From positions 22,940,001 to 23,004,000 of the forward strand of contig OX597821.1 of the NCBI GenBank assembly GCA_951406725.2: 64,000 bases of DNA, written 5' to 3'. Below, in pieces: positions 1 through 14,369 of this stretch. Position 1 is the first letter of the stretch, and every line of letters starts with the position of its first letter. Source of the stretch: Octopus vulgaris. Lineage: Eukaryota. The notes beneath the pieces were generated by a model that was given only the letters and a program-made list of their open reading frames with translations, did no database searches and was not told where the DNA came from. Both the position numbers and the translations under genes were made by a program.

Positions 1-205
1 TAGAGTCTCAAATATCACAAAAATTTGTACTGCACTGCTGAAGGTATGTATGAAAATAAATATGCAAAAATATTTAGATAAAATATACTATCTCTGGGAT
101 ATTTCAGGTACACACAAACGTCTCTAAAGTTTTAGTATTATCAAGATATATATATGTGTGTGTGTGCATATATACCCACACACACATGTACATATATATA
201 TATAT

Positions 206-435
206 ATTTCTTTATTGCCCATAGGGGACTAAACATAGAGGGGACAAACAAGGACAGACAAAGGGATTAAGTCGATTATACCAACTCCAGTGTGTAACTG
301 GTTCTTATTTAATCGACCCCAAAAGGATGAAAGGCAAAGTTGACCTCGGCGGAATTTGAACTCAGAACGTAATGGTAGGCAAAATACCGCTAAGCATTTT
401 GCCTGGCGTGCTAATGATTCTGCCAGTTCACCACC
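206..435 (-). mobile_element. SINE family B (tRNA-like head, Nin/Deu-type central domain)
   Basis: Reverse complement matches the copies at 31646-31875 and 52873-53103, including the GCCTTTCATCCTTT.GGGGTCGAT core. Confidence 0.8.
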
Positions 436-454
436 CTACTCACACACATATATT

Positions 455-2050
455 TTTTGCTCTCTTACTTGTTTCAGTCAACTGACTGTGGCCATGCTGG
501 AGCACTGCCTTTAGTTGAACAAATCAACCCCAAGACTTATTCTTTGTAAGCCTAGTACTTATTCTATTGATCTCTTTTGCTGAACCATTAAATTACGGGT
601 ACATAAACACACTAACATTGGTTATCAAGTGATTGTGGAGGGACAAACACAGGCACACAAACATATATATATACAAGGGTTGGACAAAATAATGGAAACA
701 TCTTAAAACTTCAAGCAAATTTATTTTAATATGGAGTAGGACTGCTTTGGCAGTAATTACAGCTTGAATTCTATGAGGCATGGACTTGTACAGAGTTTGA
801 ATTGTTTCCAAAGGATATTTGGTCCATTTTTCAGCTAAAACAGTCTCCAGTTCTTGTAGCGATGATGGAGGAGGATATCAACTCCTTACTTTTTTTCTAA
901 AATGCACCATAAATGTCCAATAATATTGAGAACTGGGGACTGTGGTGGCCAGATAAGATGTTCAGCATCACTAGAATATTCCTTGTGTCATTCAGTAACA
1001 ACTTTAGCTGTGAAAATTGGTACATTATCATCCTGAAAGATTGCGTTTCCCTCCGGAAACAGTTCCGCAACCTTAGGATTAATTCGATCAGATAAAATGC
1101 TTAAATAGTCTTGACTATTAATTCTACCATGAAGAGAAACCATTGGGATGGTGGATTTCCAAGATATAGCACCCCAGATCATCACAGATCCTCCTTCATA
1201 TTTAACAGTTGGAAGAAGGCAGTTTGGGTCAAATGCTTCTTCCGGCTGTCTCCACACATATACTCGGCCGGTGGTCAGAAATAGGGTATGTTTTTACTTC
1301 ACTCCAAATGCTTTGCAACATTTGTTTTTGAAAGTAGTGGTTTTCTGATTGCAGTCCACCCATGAAATCCAGCTTTGTGCAGCTCTCGGTAAACAGATTT
1401 TGTGGAAACTAGGTTCTTGAGGTGGTCATTAAGCTCCGCAGTAATTTTGGGAGCTGTACTTTTGTGATCCTTTCTAACAATTCGCCTAAGAATCCAACGG
1501 TCCCTATCTGAAAGTTTTGGATTTCTTCCAGAGTTTTGTTTTGACGAGGAGGTTTTTTCCCTTTTTCTCAAAGGCAATCATTGTTTTCAAGACAGTACTT
1601 CTTGATACACCAAACATTTCGGCTGTTTTCGTTATGCTAGCGCCTGCCATATGAGCACCAACAATTTGACCTCTTTGAAAGTCCGATAGATCTGTCATTT
1701 TCATGAATTTTAATTAGCTTTTTCTGATGATATCTGAAAAGAAACATCAATTTTAGCAAAACATATTAAGCAACACTAATAATAAATGAAATAACATAAA
1801 AATAAACAAGCTTTTGACGGTTTTATAGATATTTCAAAATTATGATGCTATGATGCTAGGTGTTTATTTTGTCCAATTCCTGTATATATATATAATGGGC
1901 TTCTTTCAGTTTCCTTCTACCAAATCAATACACACGGCTTTGGTCGGCCTAAGGCTATAGTAGAAGACAGTTGCCCAAGGTGCCATGCAATGGGACTGAA
2001 CCCAGAACCATGTGGTTGGTAAGCAAGCTACTTACCACACAGCCACTCCT
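455..2050 (-). mobile_element. SINE family A, split by a Tc1 insertion in its internal (TA)n
   Basis: 3' half at 455-670 and 5' tRNA-like half at 1885-2050 flank the Tc1 element. Confidence 0.8.
674..1882 (-). mobile_element. Tc1-family DNA transposon, near full length, frameshifted transposase
   Basis: TIRs CAAGGGTTGGACAAAATAA / TTATTTTGTCCAATTCCTG with TA flanks. ORF pieces MTDLSDFQRGQIVGA (HTH), GGSVMIWGAIS, FQDDN, WPPQSP.LN.I. Confidence 0.92.
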
Positions 2051-2054
2051 ATGC

Positions 2055-2154
<100 letters not shown>

Positions 2155-2160
2155 CAGGAA

Positions 2161-2233
2161 TCTTACTGAAGAGCCTACCTGAGTAAATAATTATTATTTT
2201 TATTGCTGAAATAGGCGAAACTGCAGTCTAAGA
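2161..2233 (+). ncRNA. Type I hammerhead ribozyme motif with short palindromic stem III
   Basis: tctta-CTGAAGA-gccta...taggc-GAAA-ctgcag-TC-taaga: all core nucleotides present and stems I and II fully paired. Confidence 0.8.
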
Positions 2234-2456
2234 AGAACTAAGTTTGTAAAAGTTTTTAATTTTCATCTCATTAAATTTATCCAGCTTTTGTGTATCTGGT
2301 ACACACTTCGCCTTTTAGTGTACTTATATATGAATAATATATGGCGTGTCCCAGAACACCAGCGATAATAATTAATTTTATTGTATCGCATTTGACTTTG
2401 TTTATGTATATATATATATATACATATATCTATCATATATATATATATGTATGTAA

Positions 2457-2566
2457 ATAAATTAGAGAAGAACCACCATGTAGCAATACAACAATAATAT
2501 AATTAAATTATACCATATAGAAAAAAAAAATTAGAATTGCTACATGGTGGTTCTTCTCTAATTTAT
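2457..2566. repeat. Perfect 31-bp inverted repeat, probably Penelope pseudo-LTR derived
   Basis: ataaattagagaagaaccaccatgtagcaat (2457-2487) and its exact reverse complement (2536-2566). Confidence 0.75.
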
Positions 2567-2663
2567 ATAAATATATTATATATTGTGAAATTTGATTTAG
2601 TATTACTAAATGGAGTTTTTCCCTGTAAGTTTGGAATCATATTCCCTAATATTATTATTATTA

Positions 2664-2699
<36 letters not shown>

Positions 2700-2722
2700 C
2701 GCACACACACGCACACACATAT

Positions 2723-4950
2723 ATCATCATCATCATCATCATCATTTAGCATCCATTTTCCATGCTAGCATGGATTGGACGGTTCGACCGGGGTCTGGTA
2801 AGCCACGGCGGCTGCACCAGGCTCCAGTCTGATTTGGCAGTGTTTCTACAGCTGGATGCCCTTCCTAACGCCAGCCACTCCGTGAATGTAATGGGTGTTT
2901 TTTATGTGCCACCGGCACAGGAGGCAGCGCAGGCTGGCAAACGGCCACGATCGGTTGGTGCTTTTACATGTCACCGACACGGACGCCAGTCAGGCGACGC
3001 TAGTAACTGCTATGCTCAAACGGTGCTTTTACGTGTCACCAGCACCGGTGTCTTAACTACAATTTCCATTTGAATTTTTGATGTTGACATACTTGACTCA
3101 ATAAGTCTCCTCAAGAACAGTGGGTCACTCTACGATCCAAGGTCAGCGCAGCCGGCTGTCCTGCGTGCATGAACTCACTTCATTTGTCGGGTCTTCGAAG
3201 TCACACCATGTCTCCAGAGGTTTTGGTCTTTCGGCATAGCCTCTGTGAGGCTCAAAGTACGAAGGTCATGCTTGACCACCTTATCCCATGTCTTCCTGGG
3301 TCTACCTCTACCCCGGGTTCCTTCAATAGTTTGGGAGTGGCACTTCTTCACACATCTCTCCTTGTCCATCCTTAGTACATGACCATACCAACGCAATCGT
3401 CTCTCCTGTACGCTGCATCCAATGCTTCTTATGCCCAACATTTCTCTCAGGGCGCTTACACTCTGTCGTGCATGGACACTGACATTACACATCCGGCGGA
3501 TCATGCTAGCTTCATTTCTTTCAAGCCTACACATGTCCTCCGCAGTCATAGCCCACGTTTCACTGCGATGAAGCATGGCAGTTCGCACACATGATTCATA
3601 CAACCTACCTTTCACTCTGAGCGAGAGACCCTTTGTTGCCAGTAGGGGGAGAAGCTTCCTAAATTTTTCCCAAGCTATTCTTATTCTAGTGGTAATGCTC
3701 TCTGAGCATTCACCCCTGCTACTAACTTGGTCACCTAGGTTACAGAAACTATCAATTACTTCTAGTTCTTCCCAAAGGAGTGTAATGGAATCTGTTTTCT
3801 GATTGTCAATGGTGTCAATTGCCCCTGTGCATCTGCCGCACATGAAAGCTATCTTCTCAGTTAATTTTCCTTTGGTATTGCTGCACCTCTTATGTGTCCA
3901 TAGCTTACACTGGGTACATCTTATGGAGTTTCTACCTACACCTTTTCTACAGATCGAGCAGGGCCACTTACCTGAAGGGGTGTGTGGTGAGTTTGCCTTT
4001 CTACTTACTAGAACTTTGGTCATTGCTACATTGACTTTAAGGCCTTTTGATTCTAAACCTAGCTTCCACACATGAAATTTCTTCTCTAGTTTCGGTAGCG
4101 ATTCTGCTACAACGGTTAGGTCATCGGCATAGTGTAGCTCTCAGGGACAACCCGTCTTAAATTCCTCTGTTATTACCTGGAGGATTATGATGAATAGAAG
4201 GGGGCTGAGGGCTGAGCCTTGGTGAATGCCAACTTCTACCCTGAATTCTTCACTGTACTCATTGCCAATTCTAACCTTACTACTAGCCTCTCTGTAGAGA
4301 GCTTGTACAGCCCTTATTAACCATTCATCAATCTCCAGTTTCCGCATCGCCCACCAGATAAGGGATCGTGGGACTCTATCAATGGCTTTCTCCAAGTCAA
4401 CAAAAGCTAAGTATAGGGGCTTATCTTTGGCTAGGTATTTCTCCTGCAGTTGTCAAACCATGAATATGGCATTAGTGGTGCTTCTGCCAGGCACAAAACC
4501 AAACTGCATCTCACCTAGGCTAACTCTCTCCCTAATTAGTTAGGCTATGACCCTCTCCGTGACCTTCATTACCTGATCCAGCAGTTTGATACCCCTGTAG
4601 TTATTTCTATCTAGAGCATCACCTTTACCCTTGTAACAGTTGACTATGGTGCTGCTATGCCAGTTATTGTGTATGACTCCATCTTGAACTACCTGGTTTA
4701 CAATGCGGGTGACTAGGCCATAGCCTACACCACCATATGTTTTAAGCATCTCAGCGGTGATTCCTGATGGGCCAGGGGCTTTTCCTGGCTTCATTCCCTT
4801 AATTGCCTTAACTACTACGGAGCTATCTACACAGATAGCTGGTCCTTCTACTGGGTCAACATTTGGCAGGCTCTCCTCCTCCCACTCATTCTCCACATTC
4901 AGCAGTCTCACGTAGTGGCTTCTCCAAGCCTCTTTCTTTTCAGAATCACA
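2723..4950 (-). mobile_element. RTE-clade LINE, 5'-truncated, disrupted RT ORF plus 3' UTR and (ATG)n tail
   Basis: KAPGPSGI, NYRGIKLL, EKAIDRVP, GIHQGSALSPLLF, ELHYADDL (~4116-4140), RLRWYGHV, RGRGRPRKTW; (ATC)n at 2723-2744. Confidence 0.95.
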
Positions 4951-5120
4951 AAAATATAGCGCTATGTATGTATGTATGTATGTATGTATGTATGTATGTA
5001 TGTATGTATGTATGTATGTATGTATGTATGTATGTATGTATGTATGTATGTATGTATGTATGTGTGTATATGTACACGCACATACACATATATACTTATA
5101 TATATATATGTGTATGTATA

Positions 5121-5160
<40 letters not shown>

Positions 5161-5227
5161 TTTCTAAATATCTCATATAGATATGTACGGTGGTGGGGGC
5201 GGACAGTATACAACCACTCTATATATA

Positions 5228-7130
5228 TCTCTATATATAAAACTGAAATGCGTTTTTACCGCTTGGATCGCTTTCAATGCCACTACATCCCGTCCGATTC
5301 GCTCCAAAATTTACAGGGACATGTAGAATGAGGTGACGAAGCTCGTGGGCTACCTTAGAAATCCCTATCTTAAAAGGTGTGGTTGCTCGGGGCCATCTTC
5401 CTCACTCACGTTATTCCCTCCAATACCCTCTCACTCCTCTTCATGTATAACTTCGTCAACGCACTCACTCTCGCTATTTCCTCTCTGTTTCACTCACTCT
5501 GTTTCCATCACGTTGGCGTTCTTTGATGTATCTGTCTGTCACCAACAACACACGAGCATGAGAACAAATATTATGAATCAGATATTCTTGCATTCATTTA
5601 TATGTGTGTGTGTGTGTGTGTGTGTTCTATATATAAATATGTATAAATTGTATGTGTGTGTGTGTGTTCTATATATAAATATGTATATATAATGTATGTG
5701 TGTGTGTGTGTTCTATATATAAATATGTATATATAATGTATGTGTGTGTGTGTGTTCTATATATAAATATGTATATATAATGTATGTGTGTGTATGTGTT
5801 CTATATATAAATATGTATATATAATGTATGTGTGTGTGTGTGTGTTCTATATATAAATATGCATATATAATGTATGTGTGTGTGTGTGTGTGTTCTATAT
5901 ATAAATATGTATATATAATATATGTGAGTGTGTGTGTGTGTTCTATATATAAATATGTATATATAATGTATGTGTGTGTGTGTGTGTGTTCTATATATAA
6001 ATATGTATATATAATGTATGTGTGTGTGTGTTCTATATATAAATATGTATATATAATGTATGTGTGTGTGTGTTCTATATATAAATATGTATATATAATG
6101 TATGTGTGTGTGTGTGTGTTCTATATATAAATATGTATATATAATGTATGTGTGTGTTCTATATATAAATATGTATATATATATACAAAGTGTGTATCTG
6201 TATTTATGTATATTAAACTTGTGTGTGTTCTATATATAAATATGTATATATAATGTATGTGTGTGTTCTATATATAAATATGTATATATACAAAGTGTGT
6301 ATCTGTATTTATGTATATTAAACTTTTTCATACTTTTTCATAGTTATATATATTTTTAAACAAATTATAAATATAATTTAATTATTTTTATTTTCAATTT
6401 AAATAATTTAAATTTTTCAATTTTATATTTTATATATTTTCTATATTATATTTTTTTAAAGTTTTTGTTTTTGGTTTTTCACTTTTTAATTTGCCTATTA
6501 GTGGTTTTATCTCTAATTTAATTTATACAGATATATATCTCATTTGTATACATTTGTATATATAATGCGTGCACACACACACACACACACATATATATAC
6601 ATATATATATATATATAATGTGTGCATTACGTAGTCGGTCGATTCAGTTGAAAATATGCACACCTATGTTAAAAGTGCTGGCAAGTTTGCATGACAACTA
6701 TTTTTTTCCTCAAATGAAAGGCGTCACCTCTAGGACAAAATTCCTCATCTTATAAAATGTGGCCCCAGTACACCTGAATGAAATCGGGTTATATTAACCA
6801 AAATGTGAAAAGGGGTCTAAATGGGGCTGGAAGGGGATTAAAATTTAAAGGAGCGGGTGTTTAGGAATTCTCTGTTACATCAAGCTAAAAAATTTGCGCC
6901 AGCCTTTTTATCGTCAATGTGTTGCCGTCCATGATAAAGAAGTTTTGAATGCTTGCCATGGTGAGTCTACTGTCGTGTGAAAGAATCACTTCAAAAATTG
7001 GTGTTTACGAATTTTCATTTACATCAAGTTCAAAATTTTACGCCAGCCGTTAAACTGTCAATACGATGTTGTCCGTCGTTAAGAAATGCCAGCCATGGTG
7101 ACTCTACTATCCTCAGATTCTATCCCTTCA
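5228..7130 (+). mobile_element. Non-autonomous Helitron-like composite, 3' end not seen
   Basis: Starts TCTATATATAAAA; blocks 6540-6860 recur inverted at 60900-60960 and 61620-61900, next to CTAG-ended termini. Confidence 0.5.
5600..6325. repeat. Minisatellite, ~38-48 bp unit, about 15 copies
   Basis: Unit TTCTATATATAAATATGTATATATAATGTAT(GT)n with variable GT length. Confidence 0.9.
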
Positions 7131-7134
7131 AACT

Positions 7135-10100
7135 TTGATGCAAATGATCTTATGGTTTGCAACCCTAACTTCAGGAAACCTACCAGCCACCTAGTCACCT
7201 ACCGATCGGGCTGACATACTAGCCAAATTGACTACATTCTTGCCAGGAAAAGGGAAAGATGGCAGCTTATAAATGCCAAAACCTTCCCAGGCGAAGAATG
7301 TACCCCACAACATAGACTGGTAGTTAGTGACTTTAGGATCAGGGCTAAGAGGATGACCAGAAGACGACCAACATGGAGAAGAAGGGTCTGGAAGCTTAAA
7401 GATCCTACGAATGGACAGAGATTTAGGGACATACTACTTGAAGCGTTTGACAAAGTAGAAGGGGATATAGCTTCACATGGGGTAGAAGACAACTGGAGGC
7501 TTCTAAGGGACAACCTGCTGAGAGTCACTGACCAGATCTGTGGATTTTGCAAAGTCCCCTCTCGACCCAGAATAACGTGGTGGTGGAACAATGTTGTAGA
7601 CAGGGCTATTAGAGAAAAGAGACAGGCTTGGAAGGACTGGAAGAATGGTTTTCGCTGGGAATCATATCAGACTGCCAAAAGAGAAGCTAGGAGACAGGTT
7701 TATTTAGCCAGAGGGGAAGCAGATAAGAAAAAATTTGCCAATGTTCTGCGCCTTGAGGACCAAAGACTTGAGGTATTTCGTGTTGCAAGACAGTGTGTGA
7801 GAGAGAATCGTGATGTTGTAGGAGAGAAATGTGTCCGCATGGATGATGGTTCTCTTGCACTAAAGGAGGCTGCAAAGAGAGAGGTTTGGAGATGCCACTA
7901 TGAAAGGTTGCTGAACAAAGAAAATGAATGGGATAAAGAGAGTCTGCCGAATGTCAACCCAACAGAGGGACCAGCTATCCGAGTTGACAGCACCTTGGTA
8001 GTCAAAGCAATTAAGAGTATGAAGACAGGGAAAGCCCCCGGCCCGTCAGGAATTACTGCAGAGATGCTCAAAATATCTGGCAGTGTCGGCATTAGCCTGG
8101 TCACCTGTATAGTTAACCAGGTGATACACGAAGGAGTCATACCCAATGACTGGTGTAGCAGCATACTAGTTAACTGCTACAAAGGAAAAGGTGACGCTTT
8201 AGATACAAATAATTACAGAGGTATCAAGCTCTTGGATCAGGTAATGAAGGTCACGGAGAGGGTCATAGCCCAACTAATTAGGGAAAGAGTCAGTTTGGAT
8301 GAGATGCAGTTTGGTTTCGTGCCAGGGAAAAGCACCACTGATGCTATATTTCTGGTTAGACAGCTGCAGGAGAAATACCTAGCCAAAGATAAGCCCCTGT
8401 ACCTGGCTTTCGTTGACATGGAGAAAGCCTTCGACAGGGTCCCCCAATCCCTTATCTGGTGGTCAATAAGGAAACTAGGTATAGATGAATGGTTAGTGAG
8501 AGCTGTGCAAGCCATATACAGGGACGCTGTCAGTAAGGTGAGGGTTGGCAACGAGTTCAGTGAAGAATTCCGGGTAGAGGTAGGGGTCCACCAAGGTTCA
8601 GTCCCCAGCCCCCTCCTATTTATTATAGTCCTCCAGGCAATAACAGGGGAATTGCTGAGTCACTAACAGAACTAGAGGAGAAGTTTCAAGTGTGGAAACA
8701 AGGATTAGAATCAAACGGCCTTAAAGTCAACCTCGCTAAAACCAAAGTCCTAATAAGTAGGAAGGCAGGCAAACCACAAATCCCTTCAGGTAGATGGCCC
8801 TGTTCGATATGTAGAAAAGGCGTAGGTATAAACTCTATAAAATGTACCCAGTGTAAACTATGGACACATAAGAGGTGCAGCAATATCAAAGGAAGGCTAA
8901 CTGGAAGGATAGTTTTCATATGTGGCAGATGCTCGGGCCCTATAAATAACACTGAAAATGTCCAGAAAACAACTTCCGTCACTTTCCAGGGAGAAAAACT
9001 AGAAGTAGTTGATAGTTTCCGTTACCTAGGTGACCAAATCAGTAGCGGGGGAGGGTGCACTGAAAGTGTAGCTGCTAGAGTAAGAATAGCTTGGGCAAAG
9101 TTCAGAGAGCTCTTACCTCTGCTGGTGACAAAGGGCCTCTCGCTCAGAGTAAAAGGTAGACTGTATGATGCATGTGTATGAACAGCCATGCTACATGGCA
9201 TTGAAGCATGGGCCATGACTGCTGCGTAAGCTTGCAAGGAATGAAGCCAGCATGCTCCGATGGATGTGTAATGTCAGTGTGCATACTCGACAGAGTGTTA
9301 GTGCCCTGAGAGAAAAGTTGGACCTAAGAAGCATCAGATGCAAGAGAGACAACTGCGCTGGTATGGTCATGTGGCGAAAATGGATGTCGATAGCTGTGTG
9401 AAAATTGTGCCACACCCTAGCAGTTGAGAGAACCTGTGAAAGAGGTAGACCCAGGAAGACCTAGGATGAGGTGGTGAAGCATGACCATCAAACATTGGGC
9501 CTCACCGAGGCAATGACTAGTGACCAGGACCTCTGGAAATATGCTGTGCTGCAGAAACTCGGCAAGCGCAAGTGTGACCATAACCTTGTGGCCTATGCTA
9601 GGGGTGTAACCAGTCCAATTATGCGTGCCTTTTCTTCACTGGACACTAAACTCCGCTTGCGAAGACCTGTTGAGGTAAATGAAATCAAAGTCGAAATCAA
9701 ATTCGGTGACTGGCATCCATTGCTAGTGGAGCGCTAAGAGTACCATACGAGTGAGATCGTTGCCAGAGCAACAAGCTGGTCTTTGTGCCGATGGCACGTT
9801 AAGTACACCATTCAAGTGTGATCGTTACCGCGTCGCCTTACTAGCACTTGTGCTGGTGGCATGTGAAATATTCGAGCGAGGTCGTCGCCAGTGCCGCTTG
9901 ACTGGCTCCTGTGCAGGTGACACGTAAAAAGCACCATTTGGGCGTGGCTGTTGCCAGTACCACCAAACTGGCCCTCATGCCAGTGGCATGTAAAAGCACC
10001 CACTACACTCTTAGAGTGGTTGGCGTTAGGAAGAGCATCAAGCTGTAGAAACTCTGCCAGATCAGACTGGAGTCTGGTTCACCAGACCTCAGTGAAATCG

Positions 10101-10155
10101 TCCAACCCATGCTAGCACGGAAAGCTGATGTTAAATGATGATGATGATGATGATG
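7135..10155 (+). mobile_element. RTE-clade LINE, 5'-truncated (APE C-terminus, RT, 3' UTR, (ATG)n tail)
   Basis: SQIDYIL/QHRLVVSDF (APE end); ORF 7353-8666 with KAPGPSGI, QFGFVPGKSTTDAIF, FVDMEKAFDRV; YADD segment deleted near 8648; tail 10136-10155. Confidence 0.95.
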
Positions 10156-10225
10156 ATATCTACATATATATAGATATATATGTATATATAAATGTATATA
10201 TATATATGTATATGTAATGTATATG

Positions 10226-10291
<66 letters not shown>

Positions 10292-11191
10292 CACACACAT
10301 ACATTTACTTCCATATTTATGTGTATCAAACTAGTCAAACTACTACTTAGAAACGTTTTCACACTCCTCGCATGTGGTCCCTCTCTTAAACACAGTGGGG
10401 CAGTTCTTCATGAGAGATACAGCTGTAATATCGATTATAACCATATTGAATAACTCCATGACATACACCTTCAATGTCTCCTATGCCCCCCTATTTTAAA
10501 AACAGTAGGGAGTTGTTTTATGGCGATTTGACTGTTACATATGTAAGGTCAATCTATGTACAATTTTTATAAGCTTCATTACTCAACCATGTGGTCCCTA
10601 TTTCAGTAAGAATTAGCAGCAGTGTCAAACATTGTAAATCAATTAAATACATACCCCCTTGTTTGTTTAGGTGGTATCTATTTTAAACATAAGGAGAATA
10701 CGCAATATACAGTCATTAAATGCTAGTAGTCAGAATTGATAACAGAAAATAAATAAGGCAGCATTCGTTTTTTTTTCCTTTTCCTTGTTGAATTTGTGAA
10801 AATTACATACAAACAGACAGTGCCATCTGTCTATGAGTTGCACCAAACTTTAATCTCCTGTCACAAAGTGACGAGAAGGAGGTGCAAAAGTGCGAAAGTG
10901 AAATAATTATGTGGGGACACGTTAAATAAACATGATGATACTGTTCCGTTATTCGTGTGCGTGTGTGTGTGTGTGAATACATATGCATCTGCGGGTGAAT
11001 AGCGGGTAACTTAATATATGTATGCACAAGTGCAAGTGTTCCGAAATATAAGAGGAAGTATACATCCAAAACTATCTATTTATTTATTCATCTATCTTTC
11101 TACATCTATCCCTCTCTCTCTCTCCCCTCCCTCTCTCGCTGTCTCTCTCTTGCTATATATATATATATATAATCATACATGTATGTACGTA

Positions 11192-11920
<729 letters not shown>

Positions 11921-11941
11921 ATATATATATATATGTATATA

Positions 11942-12777
11942 CTAGCTGACGTACCCTGTAATTCCCGGGAAAGCAGGGCATGTCCCTTGGTTCCGTTCTC
12001 ATAATTGTTTCGATAATCCAATAACAACAATATGTAGCCCTTAAAACGAATTTCGTGCATTTACAGAGAATACCAAACTGTCTTACACAGGATCTTGTTT
12101 CTAGGAATTCCCAATAAGTTATGAATATCCAAATTGTGAAGTCAGTTATGTAATAACATGAAATTATTTACCTGATATTAAAAATCAAAATAAAGTAGTC
12201 CCATAAAGGACTTTAATGCGTTCCCAGAGTATATAGAACATAGAAGGAAATACTAATAAGGTATGTATACTGAAATTGTGAAGTATGTTATGTAATAACA
12301 GGCTAATCACATATGAGATAATAAAAATTCAAAGTGAATAGCTCTGAAAGGGGCTTTTGTGCATTCCCAGAGAATATTACCCTCAGAGGTGCTAGTGTTG
12401 GTATATTCATGAATAAATCACTAACCAAAATAAGTGGATCTATTGTTTAGGAAAATACTATTCACTTGTTTAAGGGTTGTACTGGATAAATTGCGAAAAT
12501 AACTCTAACAGTTCAAATACTAAGAAATAAACATACTCAGTTTCAATTTTACCAAATAATTTAGGAAAATAAATTTGTTATTTCCCTTGGCTATATATAA
12601 AGATCCCTTCCAGGGGCCCTATTATTGATATTTTTCAACAATCTGAGTATGCCATGAGGTTTCCAGACATGAGTTCAACTCATGTGTCAAGTTTCATCAA
12701 AGTCGATAAAACAATGTAGGAGGAGTTAGCGAACAACCCCACAAACACACCCACAGACAAAATTTCCCACATATGTC

Positions 12778-12790
<13 letters not shown>
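11942..12790 (-). mobile_element. Non-autonomous Helitron-like element
   Basis: 3' end CTAG|T with subterminal GC-rich hairpin on the minus strand; homologous inverted copy at 33820-34524. Confidence 0.7.
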
Positions 12791-12820
<30 letters not shown>

Positions 12821-12857
12821 TATGCATATCTATATTATATTTATGTATCTATCTATC

Positions 12858-12947
<90 letters not shown>

Positions 12948-12984
12948 ACTCTCCCATACAGTTGGGGATGATGCTCACATTAAT

Positions 12985-13630
12985 GTGAAGTATAGCCTCT
13001 CTTGGACTCATAACTTTTCATATCAGACCACATTTTGAAGATTGTGTTTTTGCAATTCAAGAACAACTTATAGACTATAATATACATAATGAACAAAAGA
13101 GAAGCGATTAAAACTGTCAATTATATCACATTACTGTGCAAGGTGTTATACTTGCGATCAGCAGCTACTCCAAATATGTCATCAAGGTACTTCCTTCCAA
13201 TATGGTATAAATTTGTTGCTAAAACAATATACAATGCCATCTGCAAGAAAGACTGCCTTGGGATAAATATAGACAATCTCTGTTATTGAACGCATACATA
13301 CATATCGACACAAAGAATAGTGATAGAACATATTTATGAAAACTTTCACTAAGTGTAAACATAAAAGGCTTCATATAGTTGTGTTTAGGACAGGAAAGAA
13401 AAAAATAAGTACAGTCATAGAGGACAGTTGCCCAGCAGATGTGAACACCTCTTTCAAATTCTGCAAGGAGGGGAATATCTATAGATAACTGCTTCAAAAT
13501 ACACAGCTTTACAATTCAGTTTATAAATTTATATTTAATGGTTGTAGTGTGGAAGACATGTGTTAGCTATTCAGAAACACACAAAGATTGTTAATTTTTA
13601 CTTAAATGTCTATTACTTGTTATTTGATGT
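12985..13630 (+). pseudogene. Highly decayed R4/Dong-type LINE C-terminus (CCHC and restriction-like endonuclease region)
   Basis: Translations TVNYITLLC, MSSRYFLPI..KFVAKTIYNAICKKDC and TVIEDSCPADVN resemble the RLE-LINE C-terminus. Confidence 0.55.
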
Positions 13631-13685
13631 TAAAATTTAAGATAAAACATAAAAGATAGCAGAGGATGAGGGAAATAACATAATA

Positions 13686-13887
13686 TGATGGTGTGCTGAA
13701 AAGTTCTTGGTTTTAAGGGTACCGCAAAAGGCCTGATTGGAGTTCTTTTACAGGGCATAGAGAAACTGAGGGACCACTGCAATAAGTGTGTGAATCTGAG
13801 AGGGGAATATGTTGAATAAAATCATAATTAACTGAACCTCCTGTATTTTCTATTACCTAAGGTCAGGAACTTTTCAGTACCGCCTCA
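13686..13887 (+). mobile_element. mariner-derived MITE
   Basis: TIRs GTGCTGAAAAGTTC / GAACTTTTCAGTAC, TA flanks, internal mariner C-terminus FLQGIEKLRDHCNKCVNLRGEYVE*. Confidence 0.8.
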
Positions 13888-14109
13888 TACAAAAGCTCCT
13901 TTAACAAGATATTAAATCCTTTTAGTGTAAAATCTGGACTGAAAAGAAGGATTGAAATGTTTGATTTAGCATCACAGCTAAATATATAAACATGAAGGAA
14001 TATTCTATTATAACTAACAGTAGCAACAACTTTGTGAAACTTTCACGAAAGCTGTGGGAAAGAGACATAAAAGAAAGGTGCTTGGGAGGGAGATCTAATA
14101 GCTAGGTAA

Positions 14110-14360
14110 AAGAGTAATGAACCCCTTTGGTCATGAATGGCCATAGGATTGTACCTAGAAAGTTCCCCTCCAAGGCACAAGTCTGGGCAAAGTTGTTTAT
14201 GGAAAACCAGTAGTCATCGCAACCCACTTCTACAGCTGAGTGAACTGGAGCAACGTGAAACAAAGTGTCTTGCTCAGATGACAACACGGCCCAGTCCAGA
14301 AACTGAACTCATTACCTCATGATTGTGAGTCCAATGTCTAACAACTGAGCCATGTGCCTT
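14110..14360 (-). mobile_element. SINE family C (tRNA head, CORE-like domain)
   Basis: Reverse complement of the 15363-15650 type (GAGCAAGACACTTT.TTTCACGTTGCTCCAGTTCACTCAGCTGTAG). Confidence 0.75.
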
Positions 14361-14369
14361 CTTTACAGC

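Noticed and set aside
5600-6325. CRISPR-like repeat/spacer periodicity
   Set aside because: Spacers are only (GT)n of variable length; eukaryotic context; no cas genes.
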